The translations under genes and the position numbers were made by a program. Shown one piece after another: positions 19,983-31,017 of a stretch of DNA of 47,691 nucleotides. A model generated the notes under the pieces. The model did no database searches. It was not told the DNA's origin and worked only from the letters and a program-made list of their open reading frames with translations. Origin of the DNA: Gammaproteobacteria bacterium. Lineage in GTDB: Bacteria > Pseudomonadota > Gammaproteobacteria > Pseudomonadales > Halieaceae. The DNA lies in the NCBI GenBank assembly GCA_030427335.1, contig JAUHWV010000001.1, positions 1-47,691 of the forward strand, in the 5' to 3' direction. Each line of letters begins with the position of its first letter. Positions within the stretch are counted from its first letter, which is position 1.

Positions 19983-20810
19983 GTGAGAAGAGGTTTAGCA
20001 TGGGTTTGGGGTATGAGTGCTTTGCTGGCCACGGGGTGCAGTACCAGCCCAACGGGTCGATCACAGTTCATGATCATCTCGCCCGAAGCCGCTGTGGTGC
20101 AGTCGCAAAAAGCCTACGCCACAACGATTCAAGGGCTCAAGAAAGAGGACAAACTATCCGACGACAGTCGACTTGCTGACCGAGTGCAAGCAATCACAGG
20201 GCGCTTAATTACCACAGCTCATGAGCAATTCCCGCGAAGCCGCTCATGGGACTGGAGCGTGGCACTCATTGACGATGACGAAACAGTCAACGCGTGGTGT
20301 ATGGCCGGCGGCAGGATGGCGGTTTACACCGGTTTATTCAAGCAGCTCGATCTGACCGACGATGAATTTGCCCAAATCATGGGCCATGAAATCGCACACG
20401 CACTCGCCAATCATACCGCCGAACAAATGTCGCGAGCTGTCGCCGCACAGATCGGTTTGAGCGCAATTAATGTAGCGAGCGACAGCAATCAAGGCCTGAT
20501 GACCGGCGCGCAATTAGCCGCGGTACTCGCACTTCAGCTACCCAATAGCCGGACAGCGGAATCGGAGGCAGACGCGATTGGGCTCGAACTCGCAACACTG
20601 ACAGGCTATGAGCCCATGGCCGCGGTTTCACTGTGGCGCAAGATGAGCGCACTCAGCGATAAACGCCCTCCCGAATTCATGAGCACGCACCCCGATCCCG
20701 AACGAAGGCTCATTACACTCGCGGAGCGAGCCCACCAAATAGGTGGACTAAACCCAGAGGGCATGAAACCGGAAATATATCCCGTCACTATTGTTTACAA
20801 ACAGGACTAG
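19983..20810 (+). CDS. M48 family zinc metallopeptidase, lipoprotein
   Basis: Lipobox LLATG-C, VNAWCMAGG, GHEIAH (HEXXH), ESEAD, FMSTHP; GTG at 19983 follows GGGAG. Confidence 0.9.
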   Translation: MRRGLAWVWGMSALLATGCSTSPTGRSQFMIISPEAAVVQSQKAYATTIQGLKKEDKLSDDSRLADRVQAITGRLITTAHEQFPRSRSWDWSVALIDDDETVNAWCMAGGRMAVYTGLFKQLDLTDDEFAQIMGHEIAHALANHTAEQMSRAVAAQIGLSAINVASDSNQGLMTGAQLAAVLALQLPNSRTAESEADAIGLELATLTGYEPMAAVSLWRKMSALSDKRPPEFMSTHPDPERRLITLAERAHQIGGLNPEGMKPEIYPVTIVYKQD

Positions 20811-20816
20811 AAAATC

Positions 20817-22961
20817 GTGAAATCGACAAGATCAATACTCATGGCGTCGCTCATTGGTGCACTCAGCTTAATCGGCTGCAGCCAGTCAAATGAGCCCTCC
20901 GAAGCCACAACGCTCACACTGAAAGCGTATCCGACAACGCAAACAAAGCCGGTGGTGGATTCGTATTTTGGAACCGAGATTGAAGACCCCTATCGCTGGC
21001 TTGAGGATGATCGCAGCGAAGAGACCGAGTCTTGGGTGAAAGCGCAAAACGCGGTTACATTTGACTACTTAAGCCAGCTGCCAAGCCGAGACCGGCTGCG
21101 TGAGCGACTGACTCGGTTGATGGACTATGAGCGCGAAAGCGCACCCTTTGAGGAGGGTGGCTACACCTACTTTTATCGCAACGACGGACTTCAAAACCAG
21201 TCTGTAGTCTACCGTGTAAAAGAAGGGGGGACTGATGAAGAAGTATTCCTAGATCCCAACACCTTTAGTGAGGACGGCACGGTTTCCATGTCATCACTCA
21301 GCTTTTCTGAGGATGGCTCGATGGCTGCATATCAGCTATCAGAAGGCGGGAGCGACTGGCGGACCATACACATAATCAACACGAGTACTCGCGAGGCTAT
21401 TGGTTCGCCGATCGAGCAAGTGAAATTCAGCGGTATTAGCTGGCGCGGAAACGAAGGGATTTACTTCTCTCGCTACGATAAGCCCGATGGCAGCGAGCTC
21501 TCGGCTAAGACTGACCACCACAAACTCTACTATCACGCGATCGGCGCACCCAGCGACCAAGACGAAATTGTATTTGGCGGCAACGAGGCCCAAAAGTATC
21601 GCTATGTCTCAGGCAGTGTCAGCGAGGACAACCGATTCCTAGCAATTTATGCGGCGAACACGACCTCGGGTAACGAGCTGTATCTGATCGACCTAGAAAA
21701 AGAGCCAAGTAAGCTCATTACCGTACTCGATCACGCCGACTCCGACACGTCGCTTATTCACACGCAAGGCGACACACTCTTTTTTGAGACCAACCTCAAC
21801 GCGCCCAATACCAAACTCACCGTTGCCCAGCTCAGCAACCCGAGCCCAGAAGATTGGGAGGATCTCATACCTGAAACGGACAACGTATTGGGTTTGAGTG
21901 CGGGGGCCGGTTACTTCTACGCGCACTATATGGTCGACGCCATCTCCAAAGTCTTGCAGTACGATACGAATGGCACACTCATTCGTACCATCGACCTGCC
22001 AGGCCCGGGTTCAGCCAGAGGGTTCTATGGCAAGCAAACGGCCGACACGCTGTATTACACGTTCACCAACTATAAAACCCCTTCCACTCTGTTCAGCCTG
22101 AACCCCACTTCGGGTGAATCGGCTGTGTACCGCGAGTCGAAAGCTAAGTTCGACAGTGCCGATTACGATTCAATTCAAGTCTTTTATGCTTCCAAAGACG
22201 GCACGCAAATTCCAATGATCATCACGCATAAAAAGGGACTCAAGCTCGACGGCAACAACCCGACGATTTTGTACGGCTATGGCGGCTTCAATATCAGCTT
22301 AACGCCGAGTTTTTCTAGTACTGTAGCAGCGTGGCTTGAAGAAGGCGGTGTCTATGCGGTCGCCAATTTGCGTGGTGGCGGCGAATACGGAAAAGCTTGG
22401 CACCTAGCTGGCACAAAAATGCAGAAGCAAAACGTATTTGACGACTTTATTAGCGCGGCCGAGTATCTGAACAAAAACGGCTATGCACGTGCTGATAAGC
22501 TGGCTTTACGCGGCGGCTCCAATGGCGGCCTTCTAGTCGGCGCGGTCATGACGCAGCGGCCCGATGTCGCGGCTGTAGCGCTTCCTGCGGTTGGTGTATT
22601 AGACATGTTGCGCTATCACACCTTTACAGCAGGCGCCGGTTGGGCCTACGACTACGGCACGTCAGAGGATTCGCCCGAAATGTTCGCCTATTTGCGTGCA
22701 TACTCACCAGTGCACAACGTACGTAAAGGCGTGGCTTATCCGGCAACACTCGTGACTACAGCAGATCACGACGATCGCGTTGTACCGGCGCACTCCTTCA
22801 AGTTCGCCGCGCACCTACAGGCGAAGCAGACGGGCGATAATCCTGTGCTCATTCGTATTGAAACGGATGCGGGTCATGGCGCAGGTACGCCAACCGCTAA
22901 AACGATCGATCAGTACGTCGATATTTACGCCTTTACGCTGTACCACTTAGGTATACGCTAG
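20817..22961 (+). CDS. Prolyl oligopeptidase (S9A), lipoprotein
   Basis: Lipobox [26 protein letters not shown] (Ser), DHDDRV (Asp), AGHG (His). Confidence 0.95.
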   Translation: MKSTRSILMASLIGALSLIGCSQSNEPSEATTLTLKAYPTTQTKPVVDSYFGTEIEDPYRWLEDDRSEETESWVKAQNAVTFDYLSQLPSRDRLRERLTRLMDYERESAPFEEGGYTYFYRNDGLQNQSVVYRVKEGGTDEEVFLDPNTFSEDGTVSMSSLSFSEDGSMAAYQLSEGGSDWRTIHIINTSTREAIGSPIEQVKFSGISWRGNEGIYFSRYDKPDGSELSAKTDHHKLYYHAIGAPSDQDEIVFGGNEAQKYRYVSGSVSEDNRFLAIYAANTTSGNELYLIDLEKEPSKLITVLDHADSDTSLIHTQGDTLFFETNLNAPNTKLTVAQLSNPSPEDWEDLIPETDNVLGLSAGAGYFYAHYMVDAISKVLQYDTNGTLIRTIDLPGPGSARGFYGKQTADTLYYTFTNYKTPSTLFSLNPTSGESAVYRESKAKFDSADYDSIQVFYASKDGTQIPMIITHKKGLKLDGNNPTILYGYGGFNISLTPSFSSTVAAWLEEGGVYAVANLRGGGEYGKAWHLAGTKMQKQNVFDDFISAAEYLNKNGYARADKLALRGGSNGGLLVGAVMTQRPDVAAVALPAVGVLDMLRYHTFTAGAGWAYDYGTSEDSPEMFAYLRAYSPVHNVRKGVAYPATLVTTADHDDRVVPAHSFKFAAHLQAKQTGDNPVLIRIETDAGHGAGTPTAKTIDQYVDIYAFTLYHLGIR

Positions 22962-24115
22962 GGCGTCTTTGGTGCAGTAACGACCACCTCTGGTAGTTCT
23001 GCACCGATCGTCTGGCGCAAAAAACGCTCAGCCTCGGCGCGTTCAACCGCATCGGTGCTGAGCGTCATATCGAAAAACGCCCCCACCAGAACTTGAGTAA
23101 TCCACTGCTGCTGTACGACATTCATTGCGCTTTCGGGCACACCTCGCGTGCACAAATCCACCTCGGCATCGACATCAATCCCCGTAGATTCATCACCTAG
23201 TAGATCGTACCAGGGCTCATCCATATCTCCCTCAATGGAACGTAATACCGCCCAGCAACCAATGACGTCCACGTTATCCAAAAATCGAAGTGCAGCTGTA
23301 GGCCCTGAGAATGCGGTGTGGGCGCCCGCAGTAATACCCACCAACCAAGCATCGCTGTCTTTGTCTTGAATATTAGCCGCATTAGATTCGTAGGGGACCA
23401 GCACGTCGTAGGTGCCACCAATCATCATGAAAGGGGGATCACGGTATTCGAAGAAACGGGGGGTCAGAAAATACGTAGGCCCCGCGATCGATATAACCGA
23501 ATCAACTCGTTCATCCCCCATAGTCGGATGAAAGCCAACTAGCGTCGAGGTGAATCCACCCAGAGACACCCCCATCACGCCGATACGTTCGGGATCGATC
23601 AAATTGTGGAGCTCGTGCTCAGGTTGCAGTGCAAAATTCAAAAGCTGGTCAATAAGAAAGCGAACGTCTCCAGGTTGGTTTACCACATCCTTTACAAACG
23701 GGCCTCCGTCGGCACTCATGTTGGTCATAGGAAAATCAACCATCGCTACCACGTAGCCCAATCCCGCAAGATAGCGACCCAAATACTCTCCACCTCGGTA
23801 TGAAGACGAAAAACCATGGCTAAATATGATCAAAGGAGCCGCTGCGGGCTGACGCCCACCGTCTGCTTTCGGATAATAAGCCACCCCCTGAAAGGTCCGA
23901 TTGGGTTTTTGTGCAGCGTCTTTATTAGACTGGGTGATACGTGACGTATCGGTTAGCGCAAGCGCCAAAGTATCTACTTCAAACAGCACCTTGGAGGCTC
24001 GCTGATCTGTCACAGAGCCCTCGGGAAACCCCTCGGGGGCGTACCAAGCACTCATACCGACGATGACAACAACTGTTGCCAGCAGAATGAAAAACAACCC
24101 TTTTATCAGCTTCAC
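22958..24115 (-). CDS. Membrane-anchored/secreted alpha/beta hydrolase (dienelactone hydrolase/PAF-AH-like)
   Basis: N-terminal hydrophobic anchor, PLIIFSHG, nucleophile elbow GVSLGG, GTYD, GAHTAF. Confidence 0.8.
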   Translation of the reverse strand: MKLIKGLFFILLATVVVIVGMSAWYAPEGFPEGSVTDQRASKVLFEVDTLALALTDTSRITQSNKDAAQKPNRTFQGVAYYPKADGGRQPAAAPLIIFSHGFSSSYRGGEYLGRYLAGLGYVVAMVDFPMTNMSADGGPFVKDVVNQPGDVRFLIDQLLNFALQPEHELHNLIDPERIGVMGVSLGGFTSTLVGFHPTMGDERVDSVISIAGPTYFLTPRFFEYRDPPFMMIGGTYDVLVPYESNAANIQDKDSDAWLVGITAGAHTAFSGPTAALRFLDNVDVIGCWAVLRSIEGDMDEPWYDLLGDESTGIDVDAEVDLCTRGVPESAMNVVQQQWITQVLVGAFFDMTLSTDAVERAEAERFLRQTIGAELPEVVVTAPKTP

Positions 24116-24245
24116 GATGTAACCCCCGACTTAATTTCGGTCTATATTGTCGGCCAAGCCCTGTAACCGGTGCAAGTACCGCCACCCGAAGGGACTCCAA
24201 ATACTTGACTGAATCTTTAACCTCTCGTTCACCCTGATAATGCGC

Positions 24246-24271
24246 GGATCCGGCTGCACCTCACAATCGTA
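24246..24271 (+). promoter_or_regulatory. Putative ECF11 (RpoE/ChrR-type) promoter
   Basis: GGATCC-N16-CGTA versus the remembered consensus TGATCC-N~16-CGTA, 33 bp upstream of the DUF2878 TTG start. Confidence 0.5.
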
Positions 24272-24304
24272 TATGTATATACCTGTATCAAGAGGCCAAG
24301 TGCT

Positions 24305-24829
24305 TTGCTGAATCAACTCACGAAACTCAACGAATCTACAGTGGGCAATGCCCTTTTGTTTAACGCTTTTTGGTTCTCAGCCTGTATCGGGCGAGATGCG
24401 TTTTTACCGCTCACAGCGGCTTTACTGCTCGCACTGCTCCTGTGCGTTAAGCAAAGACACGCTACCTTTCTGCTCGCGTCTAGAATCGCTGTTATTGGAC
24501 TGCTATCGGACGCCACGCTCAGCCACAGCGGGGTATATCAATTTGCGGGGGGCGACCTCCTCCCCATTTGGCTCATCCTGCTATGGGCAGGCTTTGCCAG
24601 CATCATTACGCGCAGTCTGCGCTTTTTAAACCGAAATCTCGGGCTGGCCGCTCTGTTCGGCGCCTTCGGCGGACCCAGCTCCTACTTTGCAGGACATCGG
24701 TTTGGCGGGGTAGAATTCGGCTACGAACTGATGCCCACCTTGCTCATCATCGGTTTTGTCTGGGCCTGTTTGTTACCCTTGTTTTTCTTTCTAGCGAGGC
24801 AGTTATTCAATGATATGCAGGCGAGTTAA
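24305..24829 (+). CDS. DUF2878-family membrane protein
   Basis: NALLFNAFWF, PIWLILLWAGF, GAFGGPSSYFAG.RFG; GAGG RBS upstream of TTG. Confidence 0.8.
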   Translation: MLNQLTKLNESTVGNALLFNAFWFSACIGRDAFLPLTAALLLALLLCVKQRHATFLLASRIAVIGLLSDATLSHSGVYQFAGGDLLPIWLILLWAGFASIITRSLRFLNRNLGLAALFGAFGGPSSYFAGHRFGGVEFGYELMPTLLIIGFVWACLLPLFFFLARQLFNDMQAS

Positions 24830-25364
24830 GATTGCGCTCCTTTCCCTTTTTTCCGTGTTATGCCAATCTACAAGCGCGGATAATTTCGACCTACTTACCA
24901 GCGAGACGAATGTATCCTTTCAAACGGTCGGGGAGGCCCGCCTTCGCGTATTCCTGTTCGACGTGTATGACTCCGAACTGAGCACGCTGACTGGGACCTA
25001 CGCACCAGGACAACGTCCCGTTAAGCTACAAATCGCTTACTTAAGAGATTTCAAAGCACAATCGATCGTGCAACAAACCATTAAGGAGTGGCGTCATTTG
25101 GGCGTAGCTCCCGAGCAATATGAGCACTACCTCCCGCTGATTGATAAACTGTGGCCAGACATTAAAAAAGGCGACACGCTAACCTTCGTGGTTGGAGTAG
25201 ATGAAAGCAATGAGTTCTTTCACAATGGACGCTCACTCGGAGGAGTGAATCACCCCGGGTTTTCTGCGGATTTTCTCGCTATTTGGCTATCGCCAGACAC
25301 CAGCCAACCTGAACTTCGCGCCCAATTAATAGGAGAAGAATCATGCTACGCATCGGCTTGTTAA
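24810..25364 (+). CDS. Chalcone isomerase-like periplasmic protein
   Basis: Signal peptide; VGEARLRVFLFDVYDS, LWPDIKKGD, FLAIWLSPDTSQPELRAQL. Confidence 0.8.
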   Translation: MICRRVKIALLSLFSVLCQSTSADNFDLLTSETNVSFQTVGEARLRVFLFDVYDSELSTLTGTYAPGQRPVKLQIAYLRDFKAQSIVQQTIKEWRHLGVAPEQYEHYLPLIDKLWPDIKKGDTLTFVVGVDESNEFFHNGRSLGGVNHPGFSADFLAIWLSPDTSQPELRAQLIGEESCYASAC

Positions 25365-25876
25365 GTATCATCCTGCTCAGTCTGGCCGGTTGCACTGGGA
25401 CTCCAGAGGGCATTGAGCCTGTACGCCCGTTTGAGAGCGAGCGCTACCTTGGTACCTGGTATGAAGTAGCGCGAATTGAGAATCGATTTGAACAGGGTTT
25501 ATCCGAGGTTACGGCAACTTACACCCCGCGCGAAGACGGCGGAATCACCGTTATTAACCGAGGCTTCGATGCTAGCGAGGCGGTATGGAAAGAAGCCATA
25601 GGTAAGGCCTACTTTGTAAACGATCGAACGCGTGCGCACCTCAAAGTATCATTCTTCGGCCCGTTTTATGCGTCTTACATCGCCTTTCATGTGGCGGAGA
25701 ATTACGATCATGCATTTGTGACTGGCAATTCAAAAGACTATCTTTGGTTGCTCTCGCGAACACCCAGCGTGAGTGAAACAATCAAAGCCGACTTCCTGTC
25801 GCAAGCGAAGGCCCTCGATTTCGATCTGACTAATTTGGTCTGGGTCGAGCAATCACTCCCAAAACCCGTGCAATAA
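25343..25876 (+). CDS. blc: Outer-membrane lipoprotein lipocalin Blc
   Basis: Lipobox LSLAG-C, YLGTWYEVAR (GXW), LKVSFFGPF, YLWLLSRTP; AGGAG RBS. Confidence 0.92.
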   Translation: MLRIGLLSIILLSLAGCTGTPEGIEPVRPFESERYLGTWYEVARIENRFEQGLSEVTATYTPREDGGITVINRGFDASEAVWKEAIGKAYFVNDRTRAHLKVSFFGPFYASYIAFHVAENYDHAFVTGNSKDYLWLLSRTPSVSETIKADFLSQAKALDFDLTNLVWVEQSLPKPVQ

Positions 25877-25971
25877 CCCACAAATTAGCCGCGTAAACAT
25901 CGCACTCCGAAGCGCATTGCGATAGGATTCGAAAGGATATGTACTGACACTAATCAAAAGGTAAAGAGCGA

Positions 25972-27609
25972 GTGACCTCCCCACTGTTACGACTAATCAG
26001 CATTACCCTTCTGGCGTGCCTAACCGCATGTACCGGAGGCGAATCGAAAGTAGAGCAAGGAAATAGAGAAGGCGTTCTTCACTATGGGAATGGATCAGAG
26101 CCTCAAGGTTTGGATCCCCACGTTGTTACCGGTGTACCAGAGAACAAAATCATACGTTCCCTATTCGAGGGCTTAGCAGTAAAGAACCCTTACACCCTTG
26201 AGCCAGAGCCGGGGGTCGCGGAGAGCTGGGACATCAGTGAGGATGGCAAAACTATTACCTTCCATCTGAATCCAAAGGCACGCTGGTCTAATGGCGATAC
26301 CGTGACAGCAAGCGACTACGTTTGGTCTTGGCACCGAGCCCTAAACCCCAACATGGGTAACCAATACGCCTATATGCTGTACCCGCTCGTTAACGCAGAG
26401 GCGTACGCCACAGGTAAGCTCGAAGACCCCAACGAAGTTGGTGTGAAGGCAGTGGATGACCACACATTGGTTGTGTCTCTCAATGCCCCCACCCCTTATT
26501 TCATTCAGTTAATGGACCACTACTCCACTTTCGCTGTGCATCCCGAGACGGTAACCAAACACGGTGGCGCTACCGATCGATTCACGCCCTGGACGCGTGT
26601 TGAAAATATGGTGAGCAATGGCCCTTTCGTGCTGACCGAATGGAAACTCAATCGCTACATTCGCATAGAGAAAAACCCACTCTACTGGAATGCTGACAAC
26701 GTCAAACTCAACGCCGTTATTTTTTACCCAACCGAGAACTTAACGAGCGAAGAGCGCATGTTCCGAGCTGGGCAGCTACACCACACCAACGAAGTACCGC
26801 TTGATAAGCTCCCAGTTTACAAGGCGATGCCGAAGTCACCTCTCGTACAAGCGCCCTACCTCGGCACCTATTATTACCTGTTGAATACGGATCGAGCCCC
26901 CTTAGACGATGTTCGAGTCCGTAAAGCGCTGTCCATGGCGGTGGATCGCGACACGCTCGTATCCACTGTGCTGCAAGGCGCTTACGTATCGGCATACTCA
27001 ATCACACCGCCGGATACCCTAGGCTATTACCCACCAAAAACCTTTGGCTACGACCCAAACAAAGCGCGTGCCTTGCTCGCTGAAGCAGGCTATCCAAACG
27101 GCGAAAACTGGCCTGGCTTGGAGCTCACTTACAACACCAGTGAAAACCATCGCAAGGTGGCAGTAGCTATCCAACAAATGTGGAAAGACGTACTCAACAT
27201 CGAAGTCACCCTAGCCAACCAAGAATGGAAAGTGTATCTGGATTCAGTCAACCAAATGAACTTTCAAATTGCGCGTCGAGGATGGATCGGAGACTACGTT
27301 GACCCCAACAACTTCCTAGATCTGTTTATATCGGGCGGCGGAAACAACAATACGGGTTATAGCAATCCAGAGTACGACGACATCATTCTACGAAGGGCTC
27401 CCAGTGCACCAACGCGCGATGAACGCTACAGCCTATTCCGTGAAGCCGAAACCATGCTCATGGAGTCCATGCCTATCATTCCAATTTACACCTATACGAG
27501 TAAGCATTTAACGCACCCAAGCGTTAAAGGGATGCCATCAAACTTGATGGACTCACTCAATATTCGCTATGTCTGGCTCGATCCGAGCGAGACCCTAGAG
27601 CTGGAGTAA
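25972..27609 (+). CDS. oppA: Oligopeptide ABC transporter substrate-binding lipoprotein (OppA-like)
   Basis: Lipobox LACLTA-C, EPQGLDP, LFEGL, GVAESW, SNGPF, RRGWIGDY. Confidence 0.9.
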   Translation: MTSPLLRLISITLLACLTACTGGESKVEQGNREGVLHYGNGSEPQGLDPHVVTGVPENKIIRSLFEGLAVKNPYTLEPEPGVAESWDISEDGKTITFHLNPKARWSNGDTVTASDYVWSWHRALNPNMGNQYAYMLYPLVNAEAYATGKLEDPNEVGVKAVDDHTLVVSLNAPTPYFIQLMDHYSTFAVHPETVTKHGGATDRFTPWTRVENMVSNGPFVLTEWKLNRYIRIEKNPLYWNADNVKLNAVIFYPTENLTSEERMFRAGQLHHTNEVPLDKLPVYKAMPKSPLVQAPYLGTYYYLLNTDRAPLDDVRVRKALSMAVDRDTLVSTVLQGAYVSAYSITPPDTLGYYPPKTFGYDPNKARALLAEAGYPNGENWPGLELTYNTSENHRKVAVAIQQMWKDVLNIEVTLANQEWKVYLDSVNQMNFQIARRGWIGDYVDPNNFLDLFISGGGNNNTGYSNPEYDDIILRRAPSAPTRDERYSLFREAETMLMESMPIIPIYTYTSKHLTHPSVKGMPSNLMDSLNIRYVWLDPSETLELE

Positions 27610-27612
27610 ATT

Positions 27613-28542
27613 ATGTGGCGATTTATCATCGGACGCTTGTTGCAAGCAATTCCGGTTATATTCATAGTCATCACGGCGACATTCTTTCTGGTGCGGGCCG
27701 CTCCCGGTGGCCCTTTTGATGCAGAAAAAGCCGTTATCCCCGAAGTAAAGGCCGCTCTAGAACGGCAGTATCGTCTGGATCTCCCTATCCACGAGCAATA
27801 CATCGCCTACTTGGTCGACCTATCGCAAGGCGATCTCGGGCCCTCGTTCAAGTATCCAGGGCGAACGATTAACGAGCTCATTGAATCCGGTTTACCGGCA
27901 ACCGCCGAGCTGGGAGCATACGCCCTGCTTATCGCTGTGATCATCGGAAGTTTAGCTGGTATCGCTGCTGCATTGCGCCCCAACACGCTACAAGACTATA
28001 TTCCTATGTCGATGGCGATGATAGGCATCTGCATGCCCACTTTTTTACTCGGCCCCATATTGGTTCTGATTTTTGGTATTCATCTGGATTGGCTGCCCGT
28101 TTCGGGCTGGGGTGATATCCCGGGTGACAAACTCATGCCAAGCATTACGCTAGGAGCCGCGTACGCTGCGTACGTTGCGCGTCTATCGCGAGCCGGCATG
28201 CTCGAAGTTCTATCCCAAGACTACATTAGAACGGCTCGGGCTAAAGGACTCCCCGAATGGCAAGTGGTTCTAAAGCATGGACTCCGTGGCGGTATGCTGC
28301 CCGTGGTCGCATTCTTGGGGCCTGCATTTGCGGGTCTGCTGGCGGGTTCATTTGTGGTCGAAACGATTTTCCAGATCCCGGGGCTCGGTCGCTTTTACGT
28401 ACAAGCCGCGTTCAATCGCGATTACACCATGATTCTGGGGACCACCGTCTTCCTATCGACGCTGATCGTTCTATTTAACCTTTTGTCTGACATTGTTGCC
28501 GCGTGGCTAAACCCGCGCCTACGCGCCCAGCTGAGTGAGTAA
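27613..28542 (+). CDS. oppB: Oligopeptide ABC transporter permease OppB
   Basis: APGGPF, GDLGPSFKY, DYIRTARAKGL (EAA loop), VETIFQIPGLG, NRDY. Confidence 0.92.
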   Translation: MWRFIIGRLLQAIPVIFIVITATFFLVRAAPGGPFDAEKAVIPEVKAALERQYRLDLPIHEQYIAYLVDLSQGDLGPSFKYPGRTINELIESGLPATAELGAYALLIAVIIGSLAGIAAALRPNTLQDYIPMSMAMIGICMPTFLLGPILVLIFGIHLDWLPVSGWGDIPGDKLMPSITLGAAYAAYVARLSRAGMLEVLSQDYIRTARAKGLPEWQVVLKHGLRGGMLPVVAFLGPAFAGLLAGSFVVETIFQIPGLGRFYVQAAFNRDYTMILGTTVFLSTLIVLFNLLSDIVAAWLNPRLRAQLSE

Positions 28543-28544
28543 AA

Positions 28545-29420
28545 ATGGCCCATATCGATATCAACGCTGAAAAAGGGACATCTCTGTGGGAAGACGCCTG
28601 GCGTCGCCTTAAAAAGAATCGGCTTGCTCTATTTGGCTTGGGTGTTTTGGTCCTGTTTGTCGTGAGCGCACTGCTAACGCCTTGGATAGCGCCCTACGCT
28701 TACGATGCTCAAAACTTAGACTTAGGCGCCACTCCGCCCTCCGCTCAGCACTGGCTTGGCACCGACATATTCGGCCGTGATCTGCTCACTCAAATCATGT
28801 ACGGCGGACGAATCTCACTTGCGGTCGGTTTTGTAGCAACCGCCGTAGCGCTTGTTATTGGCGTGACCTGGGGGGCTGTTGCAGGCTATATTGGCGGGCG
28901 CGTGGACGCCGTCATGATGCGCATCGTCGATATTCTGTATGCGCTGCCCTTTATGATTTTCATCGTTTTGCTGATGGTGGTCTTTGGACGCAACTTACTA
29001 CTGCTCTTTTTGGCCATCGGGGCAGTCGAGTGGCTGACCATGGCGCGTATCATGCGAGGTCAAGTACAAGCTTTACGGAAACAAGAATTCGTTGAAGCCG
29101 CTATTTCTCTGGGCTTGTCACCCATGACCATTATTAGACGGCATCTGGTACCCAACGCACTGGGGCCCATCATTGTGTATACGACGCTCACCATCCCAAG
29201 CGTAATGTTGCTCGAGGCCTTTCTTAGCTTCTTGGGTTTAGGCATTCAACCACCCAAAACGTCATGGGGCCTATTAATCTCTTATGGTGCCGAGACGATG
29301 GAAGAGTACCCGTGGCTTTTGATTTTTCCAGGGCTCGCTCTCACGACAACCCTCTTCGCGCTCAACTTTTTAGGCGATGGCCTCCGCGATGCGCTCGACG
29401 TTAGACGCTCGGCAGACTAA
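28545..29420 (+). CDS. oppC: Oligopeptide ABC transporter permease OppC
   Basis: SLWEDAWRR, HWLGTDIFGRD, EFVEAA, EAFLSFLGLG, GDGLRDALD. Confidence 0.92.
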   Translation: MAHIDINAEKGTSLWEDAWRRLKKNRLALFGLGVLVLFVVSALLTPWIAPYAYDAQNLDLGATPPSAQHWLGTDIFGRDLLTQIMYGGRISLAVGFVATAVALVIGVTWGAVAGYIGGRVDAVMMRIVDILYALPFMIFIVLLMVVFGRNLLLLFLAIGAVEWLTMARIMRGQVQALRKQEFVEAAISLGLSPMTIIRRHLVPNALGPIIVYTTLTIPSVMLLEAFLSFLGLGIQPPKTSWGLLISYGAETMEEYPWLLIFPGLALTTTLFALNFLGDGLRDALDVRRSAD

Positions 29421-29430
29421 GGAGATACTG

Positions 29431-31017
29431 ATGAACCTACTTGAAGTTCGCGATCTGCAGGTCGACTTTAACACTCGCAACGGGCACACGATCGCAGTCA
29501 ACAAAATTAGTTTCACGGTAAAAAAAGGTGAGATAACCGCGATCATTGGCGAATCGGGCTCGGGTAAATCCGTTGCGTGCTACAGCTTGCTCGGGCTGCT
29601 ACCTCAACCCCCAGCCAGTATTGAATCTGGCACCGCCGTATTCGAAGGGCGGGATTTGCTCACGCTCTCAGAAAGCGAATTAAGGCAAATCCGTGGGCGC
29701 GACATCGCCATGATCTTTCAAGATCCAATGACCTGCCTCAACCCCTTTATGACCATTGGCGATCAATTGATCGAGCCGCTGATGTTCCATAAAAAGGTAT
29801 CTAAGGCAAGCGCTTTGGCGCGCGCTAAAGAGCTCTTAGTGGAAGTAGGTATTCGAGATCCGGAAGCTACAATAAACAACTATCCGCACGAATTTTCAGG
29901 CGGAATGCGGCAGCGCGTCATGATAGCAATGGCGCTAATCAACGAGCCCAAACTCTTAATCGCGGATGAACCGACCACGGCGCTTGATGTGACAATACAG
30001 GCACAAATATTAAAGTTAGTGGCCGACCTACAGAAAAAGCGCGATATCGGAGTCATATTTATTAGTCATGATCTCGCGGTCGTAGCGGATATCGCTGATC
30101 AAATTATTGTGATGGAGAAAGGCTTCGTCGTAGAGCAAGGCGATAGCAACGCGATTTTTACCGCAGCCAGCCACCCCTACACACAAAAATTACTTGCCGC
30201 TATCCCGAGCGACACCAAAGTAACAACGCTGAATGATCCCGAGCCCCTTATCCAGGTAAAAAATTTAAAAACCTATTTCAACACAGGAACAACGGTCGTT
30301 AAGGCGGTGGACGATGTTAGCTTCGACATTAACCGTGGTGAAATCGTGGGGCTCGTGGGCGAATCAGGGTCGGGTAAGTCCACCATCGGCCGATCGATTT
30401 TGCGCTTACTTCCTATCACCTCCGGCCATATCAGCCTCGACGGACAAGATCTGACGAAACTGGATACAAATACACTGAAGCAAACGCGCAGACGTATGCA
30501 GATGATATTTCAGGACCCCTACGCTTCTCTTAACCCGCGGATGTCTGTTTACGATACACTGGCGGAGCCATTACTCCTGCACAAGATAGAAACGCGTAAG
30601 ACGGTAGAACATGCCGTGTTAAGACTCATGGACGAAGTAGGCTTGGCTCGTGCATTCATCCGTAAATATCCGCATGAATTTTCGGGAGGGCAGAGGCAAC
30701 GTATCGCCATTGGCCGCGCGCTGGCTACTAAACCCGAATTCATCGTGGCCGATGAACCCGTCTCAGCGCTCGATGTCACAATCCAAGCGCAAATACTCGA
30801 TCTGATGCTTGATCTGGGCAAACAGTATGGACTGACCATGCTCTTTGTATCACACGACCTTGCGGTCGTTCGACACATAGCCGATCGAATTATCGTTTTG
30901 TATCATGGCAAAATTGTTGAAACGGGAACCAGTGAAACCTTGTTCAACACGCCCCAAGAAGCGTATACCAAGTCACTGCTCGCCTCGATTCCCGGTCGGA
31001 ATCGGCTCGCGAGTTAA
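29431..31017 (+). CDS. Fused OppD/OppF double-domain ABC ATPase
   Basis: Two GESGSGKS Walker A motifs, two YPHEFSGG signatures, two ADEP; ATG at 29431 after AAGGAG. Confidence 0.93.
   Translation: MNLLEVRDLQVDFNTRNGHTIAVNKISFTVKKGEITAIIGESGSGKSVACYSLLGLLPQPPASIESGTAVFEGRDLLTLSESELRQIRGRDIAMIFQDPMTCLNPFMTIGDQLIEPLMFHKKVSKASALARAKELLVEVGIRDPEATINNYPHEFSGGMRQRVMIAMALINEPKLLIADEPTTALDVTIQAQILKLVADLQKKRDIGVIFISHDLAVVADIADQIIVMEKGFVVEQGDSNAIFTAASHPYTQKLLAAIPSDTKVTTLNDPEPLIQVKNLKTYFNTGTTVVKAVDDVSFDINRGEIVGLVGESGSGKSTIGRSILRLLPITSGHISLDGQDLTKLDTNTLKQTRRRMQMIFQDPYASLNPRMSVYDTLAEPLLLHKIETRKTVEHAVLRLMDEVGLARAFIRKYPHEFSGGQRQRIAIGRALATKPEFIVADEPVSALDVTIQAQILDLMLDLGKQYGLTMLFVSHDLAVVRHIADRIIVLYHGKIVETGTSETLFNTPQEAYTKSLLASIPGRNRLAS

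Noticed and set aside
24131-24316. 61-aa minus-strand ORF in the divergent intergenic region
   Set aside because: No family features, overlaps the DUF2878 start and the candidate promoter; likely spurious
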